A stretch of 64,000 nt of DNA, taken from a virus. The DNA is taken from the IMG/VR virus record IMGVR_UViG_3300024999_000053, positions 32,001-96,000 of that record; one strand, written 5' to 3'. The notes under the pieces are model-generated. The model worked only from the letters and a program-made list of their open reading frames with translations. It ran no database searches and had not been told where the DNA came from. Positions 10,607 through 21,653 of the stretch are shown here, piece by piece (the first letter of the stretch is position 1; each line of letters opens with the position of its first letter). Both the position numbers and the translations under genes were made by a program.

Positions 10607-11647
10607 TTGGCTCTAACAAAACCCATATTAACATCTCCGATAATCCCTTTCCCTGCAACAGAAAATCACATAATAAAATTTAGTTCGTCTGGTTCACAAG
10701 TTGTTTATAATGAGATAGAAATTTACACTAGTATTACTAGTCCTCCTGATATACCAATATTTTCAGAAAAAATACAATCGTTTGTTTTTGAACATTTAAT
10801 TCCATTAAATACTCTTACAAATAACACAGAATATAAAGTTCGTATTAGAACATACGATGTGACAAATATAACTTATTCTTCATGGTCAGATTGGGTTGTA
10901 TTTTTTTGTTTTTCTATACCTGTTGTTACTATTGATAATATAATAGATGAAACAATAAATAATCAAACATTTACATTTAATGGTTCATGTACTACACAAG
11001 ACCCTTTAAATTCTTATAAGTATTTATTGTATGACGAAAATCAAACATTAATTCAAGCATTTAGTGAATTATTTGATGGATTACTTGAACAAGAAATTAC
11101 TGGATTAGACAATGGGGAAAAGAAATATTTAGAATTAAAAGTAATTACTGATAATAACATGGAAGGTACTTCTGGATTAATAGAATTTACTCCCATATAT
11201 ATTCAACCACGTTTAGCTTCCGCAATTAATTTAGAAAATTATTTAGAACAAGGAAGTATAAAAATAACTGCCAATATAATTCAAATTATTGGTCATAACA
11301 TAGGAAGTATATCTTATGAAAATGATGAATGGGTAGTAATACCTAATGGAAGTACAGTTTATTTTGATATGACAAATGGTTTTAGTTTAAGCAAAGACTT
11401 TACATTGGATATATGGTGCAAAGGATTAACAGAGGATTTAGTGTTTTTGAAACTTATGTCTGATTATGGATATATAGATTTTATATACTATGAAAATAAA
11501 ATTCATTGTTTTAAGCATCTTTATAATAATGGAATTATTCCCCATTATGCTTCAAATATATTGGAATTTATTTTAACAGATAATATATATATTCATATAG
11601 AACAAATTAATGATGCATTGAGTTTGCAAATAGGAATCATTGCATAA
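10607..11647 (+). CDS. Tail protein with Fn3/Ig-like domain
   Basis: LTNNTEYKVRIRTYD...SSWSDW Fn3 signature. TTG start with AGGTGA RBS. Confidence 0.6.
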   Translation: MALTKPILTSPIIPFPATENHIIKFSSSGSQVVYNEIEIYTSITSPPDIPIFSEKIQSFVFEHLIPLNTLTNNTEYKVRIRTYDVTNITYSSWSDWVVFFCFSIPVVTIDNIIDETINNQTFTFNGSCTTQDPLNSYKYLLYDENQTLIQAFSELFDGLLEQEITGLDNGEKKYLELKVITDNNMEGTSGLIEFTPIYIQPRLASAINLENYLEQGSIKITANIIQIIGHNIGSISYENDEWVVIPNGSTVYFDMTNGFSLSKDFTLDIWCKGLTEDLVFLKLMSDYGYIDFIYYENKIHCFKHLYNNGIIPHYASNILEFILTDNIYIHIEQINDALSLQIGIIA

Positions 11648-11663
11648 AGGTAGGTGAAAAATA

Positions 11664-12545
11664 TTGATAATTTCTTATGATTTTTTTGGATATGAAGATG
11701 GCACTCTATTCGATTCCAATGTTAGTTTAGGAACGTATAATCGTCTTGAATTAAAGAATGGTAAATTTGATGAAGTAAAAATAGATGAAGAAATATTGGC
11801 ATATGATTCTGGGAAAAAAGAATGGGGTTATTATACTGTTTTTAAGGCAGAATTTAAAAATGACCTTGAAGCAGGTAATGTGAATTTAAATGGCGTACCG
11901 ATTATAAAATTTAAACTTCAAAAAAGAAAATCAACAGAATTATTATGGCAAGATGTAAAAGAATTTGATTTTGATATTAATATACAGCAATATGTAATAA
12001 TAGATAAATTTGTAGAGTCGGGTGAAACTTATGAATATTCATTGATGCCAGTTGGCGCAGGAGAGATTTATGGAGATAGATCAACTCTTAGCGTAGATTG
12101 CGAATTTGAAAATACGTGGATTTTTGATAAAGATATAATTTATCAATTATTATATAATCTTGAATATTCAGAAATTGAGAATATACAAAAATCAGTCACA
12201 TTTGAAACATTGGGTTCACAGTATCCAATCATTGTTGATTCTGATTTAGATTATAGGCAGTCGAGTATAAAGGCAATGCTTGTTAGTAATGGAAGTATGA
12301 ATGGAAATATTGATGTTAAACAAGAAAAATTAAATAGAAAACAAATAGTAAGTTTCTTGAAAAGTCGTCAACCTAAAATATTAAAAGATGGTGGAGGTAA
12401 TTATATATTAGTTAAATTATCTAATGTTAAAGAAATGCCAAAAAATGAATTTAATCAAAGATTATATGATATTTCATTTTCATGGACAGAAATTGGTGAC
12501 GCATTAGATGATAAAACGTTAAGACAAAACAATTTGTTGGATTAA
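11664..12545 (+). CDS. Distal tail/baseplate protein
   Basis: DKFVESGETYEYSLMPV, ETLGSQYPII and KILKD motifs, plus tail-operon position. Confidence 0.55.
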   Translation: MIISYDFFGYEDGTLFDSNVSLGTYNRLELKNGKFDEVKIDEEILAYDSGKKEWGYYTVFKAEFKNDLEAGNVNLNGVPIIKFKLQKRKSTELLWQDVKEFDFDINIQQYVIIDKFVESGETYEYSLMPVGAGEIYGDRSTLSVDCEFENTWIFDKDIIYQLLYNLEYSEIENIQKSVTFETLGSQYPIIVDSDLDYRQSSIKAMLVSNGSMNGNIDVKQEKLNRKQIVSFLKSRQPKILKDGGGNYILVKLSNVKEMPKNEFNQRLYDISFSWTEIGDALDDKTLRQNNLLD

Positions 12546-12558
12546 GGAAGTGTAAAAA

Positions 12559-13815
12559 ATGTCTACACAGCAAGAATATAATTTATTGTTGCGAAATACA
12601 AGAAAATTAAAAGTAAAAATTGATTTATTCAATGAATTAGAAAAGAAAGTTGGAGGTCTTGAAGGAGTATGTACTGGTGGTTCTGTAAGTTTACAAGGAG
12701 ATAGCAATTATCGAAGAACTTGCAATATTGATTTAGTTTTAAATGATAGTAGTTTATTACCATCTCCAAGTTCAAAAATATGGTTAAACAAGAGAATGCA
12801 AATATTTATTGGTTTAACTGATTTTGACGATACTATTGTGTATTTCAATATGGGAAAATATGCAATGAATAAAGTGTCTTTAAAATATGGTATGGTAGAT
12901 AAAACAATATCTTTAAGTAATCTTGATTATATGGCATTTTTAGATGGTATATTGGATGGACACATACCAAATAAAGTTGTAATTCCAGAAGATGTGCCAA
13001 TTTCTCAAGCAATTAGAAGCGCAGTTCAAATTTTAGGTAAAGTGAGTAAAGTATTAATTGATACTTTAATAATTGATGGTTTAGAAGCAACTATACCTTA
13101 TGAATTAGAATTTAGTGCAGGAAGTACCGTATATGACATAATTAAGAAACTGGCAGAACTATATAAAGGGTGGGAATTCTATTTTGATGAAAATGGATAT
13201 TTTGTATTTAAGAAAATACCAGACAGAAAAGATGACCCAATCATATGGGATTTTAATCAAGATAAAATGAAGTTAAATATTGATTTTAATAATGATGTTG
13301 ATTTTGAGAATGTGAAAAATTCTATATACATATGGGGAAAAGTGATGTCAAATGCTTCTCAAGCAACTTGGGTATATAGAAATAGATGGGCAAGAGATAC
13401 GACAATTATAAGAGATTCTTTAACAGATAAAATTAAAGGAGATATTTGTCATGTAAATGATGAGAATAAGTCATATTTGTGGAATGGTTCTGCATGGCAA
13501 TTATTAGACTTTACTGTAATTCCTAAATTTAACATTGAAAATATTAGTGAGAAAAAATATTCAGAAACAGATGATAATTTGTTTAATGAAAATCAGTGTA
13601 AAGTTAAATCAGAATATAATTTATGGTTGTATAGTAATTTTAATGAAAGTATAAGTGGTAACTGTATTCCAGTTTACAAATTAGAGATAAATAAAATAAT
13701 TGCATTATCTGTAAATGATATTGGAATTGATGGTAATTATGTGTTGAATTCATTAAGTATACCGTTGGATGTAGGAGGTTCGATGGGATTTTCAGCATCG
13801 AAAATGTACTATTAA
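12559..13815 (+). CDS. Tail hub / Tal-like protein (DUF5048-like)
   Basis: GSVSLQGDSNYRRTC and WEFYFDENGYFVFKK hub-type motifs. Confidence 0.6.
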   Translation: MSTQQEYNLLLRNTRKLKVKIDLFNELEKKVGGLEGVCTGGSVSLQGDSNYRRTCNIDLVLNDSSLLPSPSSKIWLNKRMQIFIGLTDFDDTIVYFNMGKYAMNKVSLKYGMVDKTISLSNLDYMAFLDGILDGHIPNKVVIPEDVPISQAIRSAVQILGKVSKVLIDTLIIDGLEATIPYELEFSAGSTVYDIIKKLAELYKGWEFYFDENGYFVFKKIPDRKDDPIIWDFNQDKMKLNIDFNNDVDFENVKNSIYIWGKVMSNASQATWVYRNRWARDTTIIRDSLTDKIKGDICHVNDENKSYLWNGSAWQLLDFTVIPKFNIENISEKKYSETDDNLFNENQCKVKSEYNLWLYSNFNESISGNCIPVYKLEINKIIALSVNDIGIDGNYVLNSLSIPLDVGGSMGFSASKMYY

Positions 13816-13847
13816 TAAATAATAATTAAAAATAAGGAGGATATGTA

Positions 13848-15191
13848 GTGAGTTATAACAGAAGCACTTTTCCAGAGCAAATAGATTCACTCCCAGAATT
13901 ACTATCGCTTTCGGCAGATCAATATGTTAATGCTGAAAGATATAGAACTTTATTAGTTAAAACCAATAAAACTCCTGATGAAATAATAGAACTTAATCAG
14001 TTATCAATAACATTAAAAAATTATATTATAGATCCAGAGACTTGGAATAAGTTTTCTGATATTTGCATTGGATTAGAAACATTTTTTAGTTCTGAAGTAC
14101 AAGGATATATAGATACTAAACAAATTGCATTTGATTCAACAATTACAGAAAAAACAAATCTATTCGATGTAAAACTTAATCGTTTTACTTTTCTAGATGA
14201 ATATAATCCAATTACTCAGTATAGGATTTGGAACACTTTGTCTTACCAAGGCGAGTCGTATCTGTGCATATTAGATTCTCTTGGTAATTTACCGACTAAT
14301 ACTACATATTTTAAGAAAATAGCTCAACGTGGGGCACAGGGCGAAGTTGGTGCATCGGGGACTGGTCTTCGTTTCAAGGGTGCTTGGAGTGGATCAACAT
14401 CATATCTTGTCGATGACGGAATTCAGTACCTCGGAGCTTATTTTGGTTGCTTGCAAGACAATATTGGGCAAGAACCTAATCCTAATCAAGCTACAGCATA
14501 TTGGGCATTAGCTGTTGGTAAAGGTCAATCTACTGGAACCGTAGAATTGAAAAATGTTGTAACTGTGAGTAATATAACAAGTAATATTCCTATAGGTATT
14601 CCTGAATATAATCATTTAACAGATTCATTAACAGTGATTAAAAATACCACTGTTTTAACTGAAGGCGTAACAGAAGATTACGTAATTAATGCTAATGGAA
14701 TTTCAATTGATAATGTAGATGGATTATTGGATGGAACAGTAACACCTATTAGATTTGAATTTAAAGTATTTAAAAATTATGTTTTAGATTTAACATTTTC
14801 TGATGGGAATATGATACAAAATGATACCATTGGAGATGAAAAATTAAAACCTGATAATAAAATTGGATCAATTGCTACTTTAACAACAACAGATAAGTCT
14901 AGTGTTGTAAATGCAATAAATGAGACATCAATTAAAATCTCTGGTTTATTGGAAAATTATAACACATATTCAAGCAATATTGATAGTAATGGTATTTTTA
15001 CGATAGTAGATTACAAGAGAAGTGATACAACCTTACATCTCAATTCTACATTAAGTGGTGGGACTTCGCCAAACTATGTTACTGATACATGGACTTATTA
15101 TGAATTAGATGGCACTACAGTTAGTAGCACTTTAGTTTGGACATTGGGTTATGATTCTAATGGAAATTTAATTAGTAGAACACATCCATAA
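13848..15191 (+). CDS. Tail/baseplate fibre protein
   Basis: STFPEQIDS N-terminus, short collagen-like GAQGEVGASG, carbohydrate-binding-like W..STSY repeat, IGSIATLTTTDKSSVVNAINE. Confidence 0.6.
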   Translation: MSYNRSTFPEQIDSLPELLSLSADQYVNAERYRTLLVKTNKTPDEIIELNQLSITLKNYIIDPETWNKFSDICIGLETFFSSEVQGYIDTKQIAFDSTITEKTNLFDVKLNRFTFLDEYNPITQYRIWNTLSYQGESYLCILDSLGNLPTNTTYFKKIAQRGAQGEVGASGTGLRFKGAWSGSTSYLVDDGIQYLGAYFGCLQDNIGQEPNPNQATAYWALAVGKGQSTGTVELKNVVTVSNITSNIPIGIPEYNHLTDSLTVIKNTTVLTEGVTEDYVINANGISIDNVDGLLDGTVTPIRFEFKVFKNYVLDLTFSDGNMIQNDTIGDEKLKPDNKIGSIATLTTTDKSSVVNAINETSIKISGLLENYNTYSSNIDSNGIFTIVDYKRSDTTLHLNSTLSGGTSPNYVTDTWTYYELDGTTVSSTLVWTLGYDSNGNLISRTHP

Positions 15192-15228
15192 AAACACAAA
15201 TATATAAAAAATGAATAATTTTAAAATT

Positions 15229-15260
15229 TGAGCAGATTAATTAATCTGCTCTTTTATTTT
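15229..15260 (+). terminator. Intrinsic terminator
   Basis: GAGCAGATTAA/TTAATCTGCTC palindrome followed by TTTT. Confidence 0.65.
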
Positions 15261-15281
15261 GTCTAAAAAGGAGTGTTAAAA

Positions 15282-15449
15282 ATGAATGTATATAATTGTT
15301 TTTCTCAAAAATTAGCCGGATTTTTGTTAATGAATGGATTTTCAATTACAGGAATTAAGTCAGATTTAAAAAATACGGGAAGAACTATTTATCTATTTCA
15401 AAATAGTGAATTACTCCAAAAAGCTATTGCTAAATATAAAACTGTTTAA
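15282..15449 (+). CDS. 55-aa DUF5659-like protein, missing from the ORF track
   Basis: RBS AAGGAG. MNVYNCFSQKLAGFLLMNGF...IYLFQNSELLQKAIAKY. Confidence 0.65.
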   Translation: MNVYNCFSQKLAGFLLMNGFSITGIKSDLKNTGRTIYLFQNSELLQKAIAKYKTV

Positions 15450-15473
15450 TTAAGGAAGGAAGGTTGTTTAAAA

Positions 15474-16325
15474 ATATCTAAAATAAGATTTATTCCTATA
15501 AAAACATATGAAGAATATGTTGAAGTGTTTAAAAGCAATTGTGAAGAATTAGGAAGAACAATAAAAGTCAGTGAATTAAGAAAACATGAATTTGGTTTGC
15601 CAGATAGTAATTGGTTTGTTAGAAACTGTCCTGATTTAGATGTAAAATTTTATAGAGATTTTATTGAATATTTAGGATATAAAAATCCACATAGAAAATA
15701 TACTTTTGAGATTGCATATGAAGAATTTGCAAAAAGAGGATTAATATTATTACCCCAAGAATATAAAAGTTGTGTAATTCCTTTAGCATATATTTGTCCT
15801 AAACATCCAAATATTATTCAATACAAAACATTAAATAATTTAATATTTGGAAGTAATTTAATAACTGAAGGAGGATGTTATCTTTGTTTTCTTGATAGTC
15901 AACGAGGGTCTGGACATAATTCTTGGAAAGGCGGTTCTTCAGCATTGAATCCATATTTAAGAGACTTTATTAAAGAGTGGAAAAAAGAAAGTGCGAAAAA
16001 TTGTAATTATAAATGCATAATTACAGGGAAAATATTTGATGATATACACCACTTATATTCTTTCAATAAAATATTAAAAGAAATAATTGAAGAATCTAAT
16101 TTACCGATTTACACAACTATAAGTGACTATACAGAGGAAGAATTAAATTTATTAAAGGAGACAAATATAAAAATACATAATAAATATCCTTTGGGTGTAT
16201 GTTTGTGCAAAGAAGTACATGATTTATATCATAATTTATATGGAGATGACAATACTCCTGAGCAATTTGAGGAATTTAGAGAAAGATATAATAGCGGTGA
16301 GTTCAATGTGAAGGTTGGTGAATAA
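15474..16325 (+). CDS. HNH homing endonuclease, probable ATA start
   Basis: CIITG...DIHHLYSF...GVCLCKEVHDLYHNLYG. Frame is open upstream of GTG 15525 to ATA 15474, behind AAGGAAGG. Confidence 0.75.
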   Translation: MSKIRFIPIKTYEEYVEVFKSNCEELGRTIKVSELRKHEFGLPDSNWFVRNCPDLDVKFYRDFIEYLGYKNPHRKYTFEIAYEEFAKRGLILLPQEYKSCVIPLAYICPKHPNIIQYKTLNNLIFGSNLITEGGCYLCFLDSQRGSGHNSWKGGSSALNPYLRDFIKEWKKESAKNCNYKCIITGKIFDDIHHLYSFNKILKEIIEESNLPIYTTISDYTEEELNLLKETNIKIHNKYPLGVCLCKEVHDLYHNLYGDDNTPEQFEEFRERYNSGEFNVKVGE

Positions 16326-19300
16326 ATGATTAATATTGAAAATGTTTTAAGAGATCATGGTATTGGAGTAGGAATATCAAAACAGAAATATTTAGATATG
16401 GAACGCAGAGCAATTAATGGAGAAGCGATTGCCGATATTACTGATCGAACCATTGGAGCCAGTGGATTTTTTTATGACCTGTTTGATAATACAAATGATC
16501 ATTCTTGTGGAGTAATGGACAATCGTAAAACCACAGCATCACAAGTATTATCAGCAGGAACAACAATTCTAACTGATAAAGTCAATGATGCTACAGGTGG
16601 AGATTCTATAAATGGATTTCCTACTGGTTGCGAAATAACACTCCAGCAAAAGAATGATGATGGAGTAACCGAAACAAAAGAATATGTTACTGTTACAAAT
16701 GGTGGAGTGAGTGAAGAAAGTGTTGTAATTGATAGGAGTGTTCCTACTACTGTTGTTGCTAGTGCTTACACAACATCTAAGGATGCCCGTCCACAGATTT
16801 TGAGTAATGGGTGGATAGTTAGTGTTGTAAAGGATACTAGTGTTTATCTACAATTTTATGTAGACAAGCAAGATGGAAATGGTTTTATACCATTATGTAA
16901 TTTATCCAATGTCTCGACAGATGTATCTATAGCATCCAATGGTACATTTATTTATGTGATTAAGACTTATGGGACAGTGGTTAGAAGTTATTATTTTGAT
17001 GCAACAATAGTTAGTGGATCTATCACAGCAACTGAAATTACCATAGATACCCAATCCTCCTTCGGTACAGGTTGCTCCCTAATAATAAACCCAACAGGCA
17101 CAGAACTACACGCCACATGGTCATCCAAAAATGCCACATATCCCAATTCATTCAATATTCGCTATGCAAAAGGCACTATATCTGCTGTAGATGGTAGTGT
17201 AAGTTGGGGTAGTGTTGAGCAGGTATCGATTCAGAATAATATTAACGTTAATCTTACAAATCCTTGTATTACAATTAAAGATAATAAACCTATAATTGTA
17301 GTTCAGCAACTAGCTGGTTCTAATTATTTTATTTCATGCTTTGTGTGGAATGGATCTTCTTGGTTAGGTGGTCCTGGTTCTTATGATATTCAAGACTATA
17401 CAACCTATGCCCAATCTTCACCAGACGCAATCTGCGATGAAAACGGGATTTTATGGGTAACGTGGCAAGGAAAAGATGCTACTCATCCTGATGTGGATAA
17501 TATTCATTGTAAATATTCTTCGGATGGTGGAGTAACATGGGTCAATGCAAATGGTGCTACTGATAAATTAACAATTGGAAACGTTTATCGTATGCAGAAG
17601 CCTTCAATTACATCCGATAAAAATGCTAACGTGTATATTTTGTTTAATGAATACAAGGGAGCGAATATATTTCAAGTTAGTAAGATTGTTTATGATGGAA
17701 CTGTATGGAGTAATATTACAACTTTAACATCAATATCAACTCAGAATGCAAACTATCCTCCGAATCCATCAACATGTAGTAATTATAATGATTTTACAGA
17801 TGCTATATCTGTATATAGTAATGTCAATCAAGATACTTCAACTGGTTCAGTTCAATTCCGTGGCATCTTCTCTCAAACATCTCAAGTCCCTCACCTAGAA
17901 ATAACACCATTGCAGCACTCCTATAAAACTAATGTTTTAATTTATCGTAGTTTAGGTAATGTTGATACTGTAAATGGGAGATTAGGGTTTAGTGATGGGT
18001 TTCAATCCACAACAACTTATGATCGTTCTACACCTACAACTGTTGTAAATTCTGCTTATGATACAAGTGGTAATGGCGGTAGGAAGTTGGTTAGGTTGAG
18101 TAATGGGTGGCTGGTTTGTGCGATGTATGATAGTCCAAACAACTCTACTAAATTTTATGTGTCCAAAGACAATGGTGCTACATGGAGTCAACTATGTATG
18201 CTAAATGGTCAATTTAATGGCTTCTCTATAACTTCTTATGGAACTAAAGTACACATGATTGCTTCATATCAAGGAGCAGTAGCAACCAATAGGAGTTTGA
18301 GTTTTGATGCGACAACAGTAACAAACATAGATATGGTAGGATCAACTGTAATTATTGATAGTGGTCAGACAATGATGGGTGCAAATTCTATTACAATAGA
18401 CTCCCTCGGCAATCTCCATGCTTGTTGGTCGTCAAAAAATTCGACATATCCCAATAGCTTCAATTTAAGATTTTCAAAGTCGGTTGATGGTGGGGCTACT
18501 TGGAGTGCTGTGACTCAGGTAACTAATGCTAACACAAGTACATTAAACTGGGTAAATCCTTGCATAGTTATTAGGAATAACTTACCAATCATAATATTTG
18601 AACAACAAATGTCTGGTTCGTATGCTATAAACTGCAATTACTTTAATGGAACGACTTGGTTAACAGCAAGCAATGGTACCGGAATACAACTTGTTCAATT
18701 AGCATACACTCAATCCGATCCATCCTCAATAGTTAAAAAATACGGTTCAAATATTGGTCGTATCTGGACTGCATGGCATGGATTAGATTCCACTGATACC
18801 ACAAAACAAAACGTAAGAGTTAATTATTCAGATGATTCAGGAACAATATGGAATACAGCAACTAAAATCACTACAGGTAACACAGTTGACCGTAAAAACG
18901 TTTCTCTCACTGAAGATACAAGTGGAAATGTCTATGCTGTTTATGAGGATAATGGAACATTAGTTTATCAAGTTTGCAATAATGGAACAACTACTTTTGG
19001 AGGATTAACAACTATCGGAACAGGGACTAATGTGAGTGCATTAGATAATTCAAGTGAAGTAAGCTTTACTAAACCATTAATTGTTTATATGAGTGCTAGT
19101 ACAGTTAAATTTTATGGGTTGTGGGAGGATATTGTAATTTTGCCACTTTTAGAAGAAGATATCAGATACGCCATAACTCCACCTGAAGCAGTCCCCTCAG
19201 TAACGTCATGGATAAATTATGATCATAATGCTAATTTCTCAATTGATACAAAAATATCACTTGTTTCCTCAGCATCAAATGAGAATTATGGTACACCTAC

Positions 19301-19460
19301 AAAGACTTATACTAAAGTGGTCGATGTAAATACTGATGAAGATCAATATGCATATATGGCAAGTAGTAATGATAAAATTACCCAAAGAATAACAATGACC
19401 AGAACTAACACAGGAGATGACACTTTTGGAATTACTAAATTATTGGGAGCAATAGGATAA
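16326..19460 (+). CDS. Large receptor-binding/tail protein with two BNR/Asp-box beta-propeller units
   Basis: Asp boxes SSDGGVTW, SKDNGATW, SVDGGATW, SDDSGTIW, with an internal duplication. Confidence 0.7.
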   Translation: MINIENVLRDHGIGVGISKQKYLDMERRAINGEAIADITDRTIGASGFFYDLFDNTNDHSCGVMDNRKTTASQVLSAGTTILTDKVNDATGGDSINGFPTGCEITLQQKNDDGVTETKEYVTVTNGGVSEESVVIDRSVPTTVVASAYTTSKDARPQILSNGWIVSVVKDTSVYLQFYVDKQDGNGFIPLCNLSNVSTDVSIASNGTFIYVIKTYGTVVRSYYFDATIVSGSITATEITIDTQSSFGTGCSLIINPTGTELHATWSSKNATYPNSFNIRYAKGTISAVDGSVSWGSVEQVSIQNNINVNLTNPCITIKDNKPIIVVQQLAGSNYFISCFVWNGSSWLGGPGSYDIQDYTTYAQSSPDAICDENGILWVTWQGKDATHPDVDNIHCKYSSDGGVTWVNANGATDKLTIGNVYRMQKPSITSDKNANVYILFNEYKGANIFQVSKIVYDGTVWSNITTLTSISTQNANYPPNPSTCSNYNDFTDAISVYSNVNQDTSTGSVQFRGIFSQTSQVPHLEITPLQHSYKTNVLIYRSLGNVDTVNGRLGFSDGFQSTTTYDRSTPTTVVNSAYDTSGNGGRKLVRLSNGWLVCAMYDSPNNSTKFYVSKDNGATWSQLCMLNGQFNGFSITSYGTKVHMIASYQGAVATNRSLSFDATTVTNIDMVGSTVIIDSGQTMMGANSITIDSLGNLHACWSSKNSTYPNSFNLRFSKSVDGGATWSAVTQVTNANTSTLNWVNPCIVIRNNLPIIIFEQQMSGSYAINCNYFNGTTWLTASNGTGIQLVQLAYTQSDPSSIVKKYGSNIGRIWTAWHGLDSTDTTKQNVRVNYSDDSGTIWNTATKITTGNTVDRKNVSLTEDTSGNVYAVYEDNGTLVYQVCNNGTTTFGGLTTIGTGTNVSALDNSSEVSFTKPLIVYMSASTVKFYGLWEDIVILPLLEEDIRYAITPPEAVPSVTSWINYDHNANFSIDTKISLVSSASNENYGTPTKTYTKVVDVNTDEDQYAYMASSNDKITQRITMTRTNTGDDTFGITKLLGAIG

Positions 19461-19483
19461 ATAAAATAAAATAAATTTATTAT

Positions 19484-19512
19484 CAGAGACAGGAAATTAT
19501 TTCCTGTCTCTG
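19484..19512 (+). terminator. Hairpin, probable terminator
   Basis: CAGAGACAGGAAAT...ATTTCCTGTCTCTG. Confidence 0.5.
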
Positions 19513-19537
19513 TATATTAATGGAGGTGTTAGTCAGT

Positions 19538-21223
19538 TTGCTATTGACAAAATTTCTTGAAACCACATGGACTCCATCGAATAGAATCCATCTTGAAAAC
19601 AAAGGTTATAAATATAAATATCGAGGAAAAATATTGATAAAAATTGAAGATTTACCATTAAAAAGTAGTAAGAGGGTTGATGTGTTGTGTGATTATTGTG
19701 CGGAAGAGGGGAAAGAAACTATAACATCAATATCATATTCTGATTATACTAGAAGAAAGAATGGGAAAGTTAATAAAGATTGTTGTTTTGCGTGTCAACC
19801 CAAAAAGAATAAAGAAATTAAAAAGTATCTATTTGAAAACAATCAACTTTCTTCTTCTAATTCAGGATATTGGAGTTTTAAAGAAAATAGATTAAAAGGT
19901 GTAAAAAATTATATTGAAAAATATGGTACTATTATTATGGTTTCGTCATATCCTGAAACTATCGCACTTAAAGACGCTTGTTATAAATTTAATGAAACCC
20001 CATTACAACTTGCATTGGAATTGGGTTATGATATTAATAATATATATAAAAAGTTAATTACTAAAAACAAAAATATATCTGATGATATTAAAATTTGGTT
20101 TAATGAGCCTAATAATATAATCGAAACAATCAAACCATTACTATTAAAATATAAACGCTTTCCAACTATAAATGAAATTATTAATGAGACTAATATTACA
20201 AAGAATATAATTGAAAAACATGGTGGTTCTAAAGGGCTTAGAAAATTATTAAACTATAATGATAAAAATGATTTGATAGATGATAGGGGTTGTTATAATA
20301 AATCTACATATGAATATATAACTGCTCAATTTTTAATTCATAATGATGTATCTTATCTTAGAGAGCAACGTCCTTTTCGTAATAGAAAATACCGAAGTGA
20401 CTTTCAATTTATTTTAAATTCAGGTGAAATTATTCATGTCGAGGTATGGGGTTATTCTTTAAATAATACTTATAAAAGAGGTATTGATTATAATAAGAAG
20501 AGAAAAATTAAAGAATCTTTATATGATAAATATAATTTGAAACTTATATCTATTGAATCAGAATTATTTTTATTAAGTTATGATGAGATTCAGAAAGAAT
20601 TATATAATATTTTTAAAGATATTTTAAATCTATCCTTAAAAAATATAAAACAAGAATATATAATACCTCCAAATAAATTAACAGATTCAGAAATAATTTA
20701 TAATTTAAAATCTATCAATAATGATAATAAATTTCCTCCTATTCAGCAAATTGTTAAATTGGGATTAGGTTCTTATATAAGAGAAATACAGAAAAGATAT
20801 GGTAATATTTATTATTTTTTAAAAAAACATAATTTATTATCAAATAATTTTTATTACCCTAAAGAATATTGGAACGATGTTAATAATTTATTTGATAATA
20901 TGAGATATATGATTAAGACATATAATAGAGTATTAACTAGATGGGAAATTAATAAATTTACTAAAAATGATTATATTTTGAGTTTAGGTATTCATCAAAT
21001 TATGGTAAAACATTTTGGTTCAATTTTAAATTGTAAATTAGAATTTTTCTCATTATTTGTTTTAAAAGAATTGAATCCGTTACCTGAATATGAAATTAAT
21101 TGGTTAACTGAAATAGTTGAAAAACGAGGTAATTATAAAAATAAAGCAACTCAAGAACAAAGAGATTTTGCAAACAAAATATTGATACAATCTAAATATA
21201 ATAATATTAGAAAGGTAGGTTAA
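19538..21223 (+). CDS. Homing-endonuclease-like protein (zinc ribbon + PD-(D/E)xK/Vsr-like domain)
   Basis: VLCDYC; YLREQRPF...YRSDF...HVEVWG. TTG 19538 follows GGAGGTG. Very AT-rich and inserted between fibre and chaperone. Confidence 0.65.
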   Translation: MLLTKFLETTWTPSNRIHLENKGYKYKYRGKILIKIEDLPLKSSKRVDVLCDYCAEEGKETITSISYSDYTRRKNGKVNKDCCFACQPKKNKEIKKYLFENNQLSSSNSGYWSFKENRLKGVKNYIEKYGTIIMVSSYPETIALKDACYKFNETPLQLALELGYDINNIYKKLITKNKNISDDIKIWFNEPNNIIETIKPLLLKYKRFPTINEIINETNITKNIIEKHGGSKGLRKLLNYNDKNDLIDDRGCYNKSTYEYITAQFLIHNDVSYLREQRPFRNRKYRSDFQFILNSGEIIHVEVWGYSLNNTYKRGIDYNKKRKIKESLYDKYNLKLISIESELFLLSYDEIQKELYNIFKDILNLSLKNIKQEYIIPPNKLTDSEIIYNLKSINNDNKFPPIQQIVKLGLGSYIREIQKRYGNIYYFLKKHNLLSNNFYYPKEYWNDVNNLFDNMRYMIKTYNRVLTRWEINKFTKNDYILSLGIHQIMVKHFGSILNCKLEFFSLFVLKELNPLPEYEINWLTEIVEKRGNYKNKATQEQRDFANKILIQSKYNNIRKVG

Positions 21224-21226
21224 TTT

Positions 21227-21640
21227 ATGGAGATTAAAACAGATTTGGGATATGTGAGCGTTGAGTCGCTTTTTGTTCCAGATACATTAGAAGAGTATAA
21301 AGTTTGGAAGAAAAATAAGATTAATGAGGATTACTTGTCTACAGTTAAGTCAGGTTTTCAATCTTCGACTTCAGGAACAGAGTTAATTTATGGATATGCG
21401 GATTTAGATCAAATGAAGTGGCTTAAATTATTCACAAGTGTTAATAGTGGTATTGTTCAATATCCTGTTCCGATTTTTACAAAAGATAATACTATGGTGC
21501 TATTAGATGAAAATCAAATCAGACAATTATTGATTGATATTAATATTTGGGAGTGGGAAAATCAAACAAGATTGCATCAAAAATGGTCAGATGTTGATGC
21601 TTGTGAGACTATTGAAGATACTCAGAATATAAATTGGTAA
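21227..21640 (+). CDS. Tail fibre assembly chaperone (DUF4376-like)
   Basis: KKNKINE...GFQSS...YGYADLDQ, and C-terminal VDACETIEDTQNINW similar to ORF 8693. Confidence 0.6.
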   Translation: MEIKTDLGYVSVESLFVPDTLEEYKVWKKNKINEDYLSTVKSGFQSSTSGTELIYGYADLDQMKWLKLFTSVNSGIVQYPVPIFTKDNTMVLLDENQIRQLLIDINIWEWENQTRLHQKWSDVDACETIEDTQNINW

Positions 21641-21653
21641 GGAGATAATTTAA

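Noticed and set aside
16326-19460. Diversity-generating retroelement target (repeats in the fibre gene)
   Set aside because: The repeats are diverged protein-level duplications rather than adenine-specific TR/VR pairs, and no reverse transcriptase is in the window
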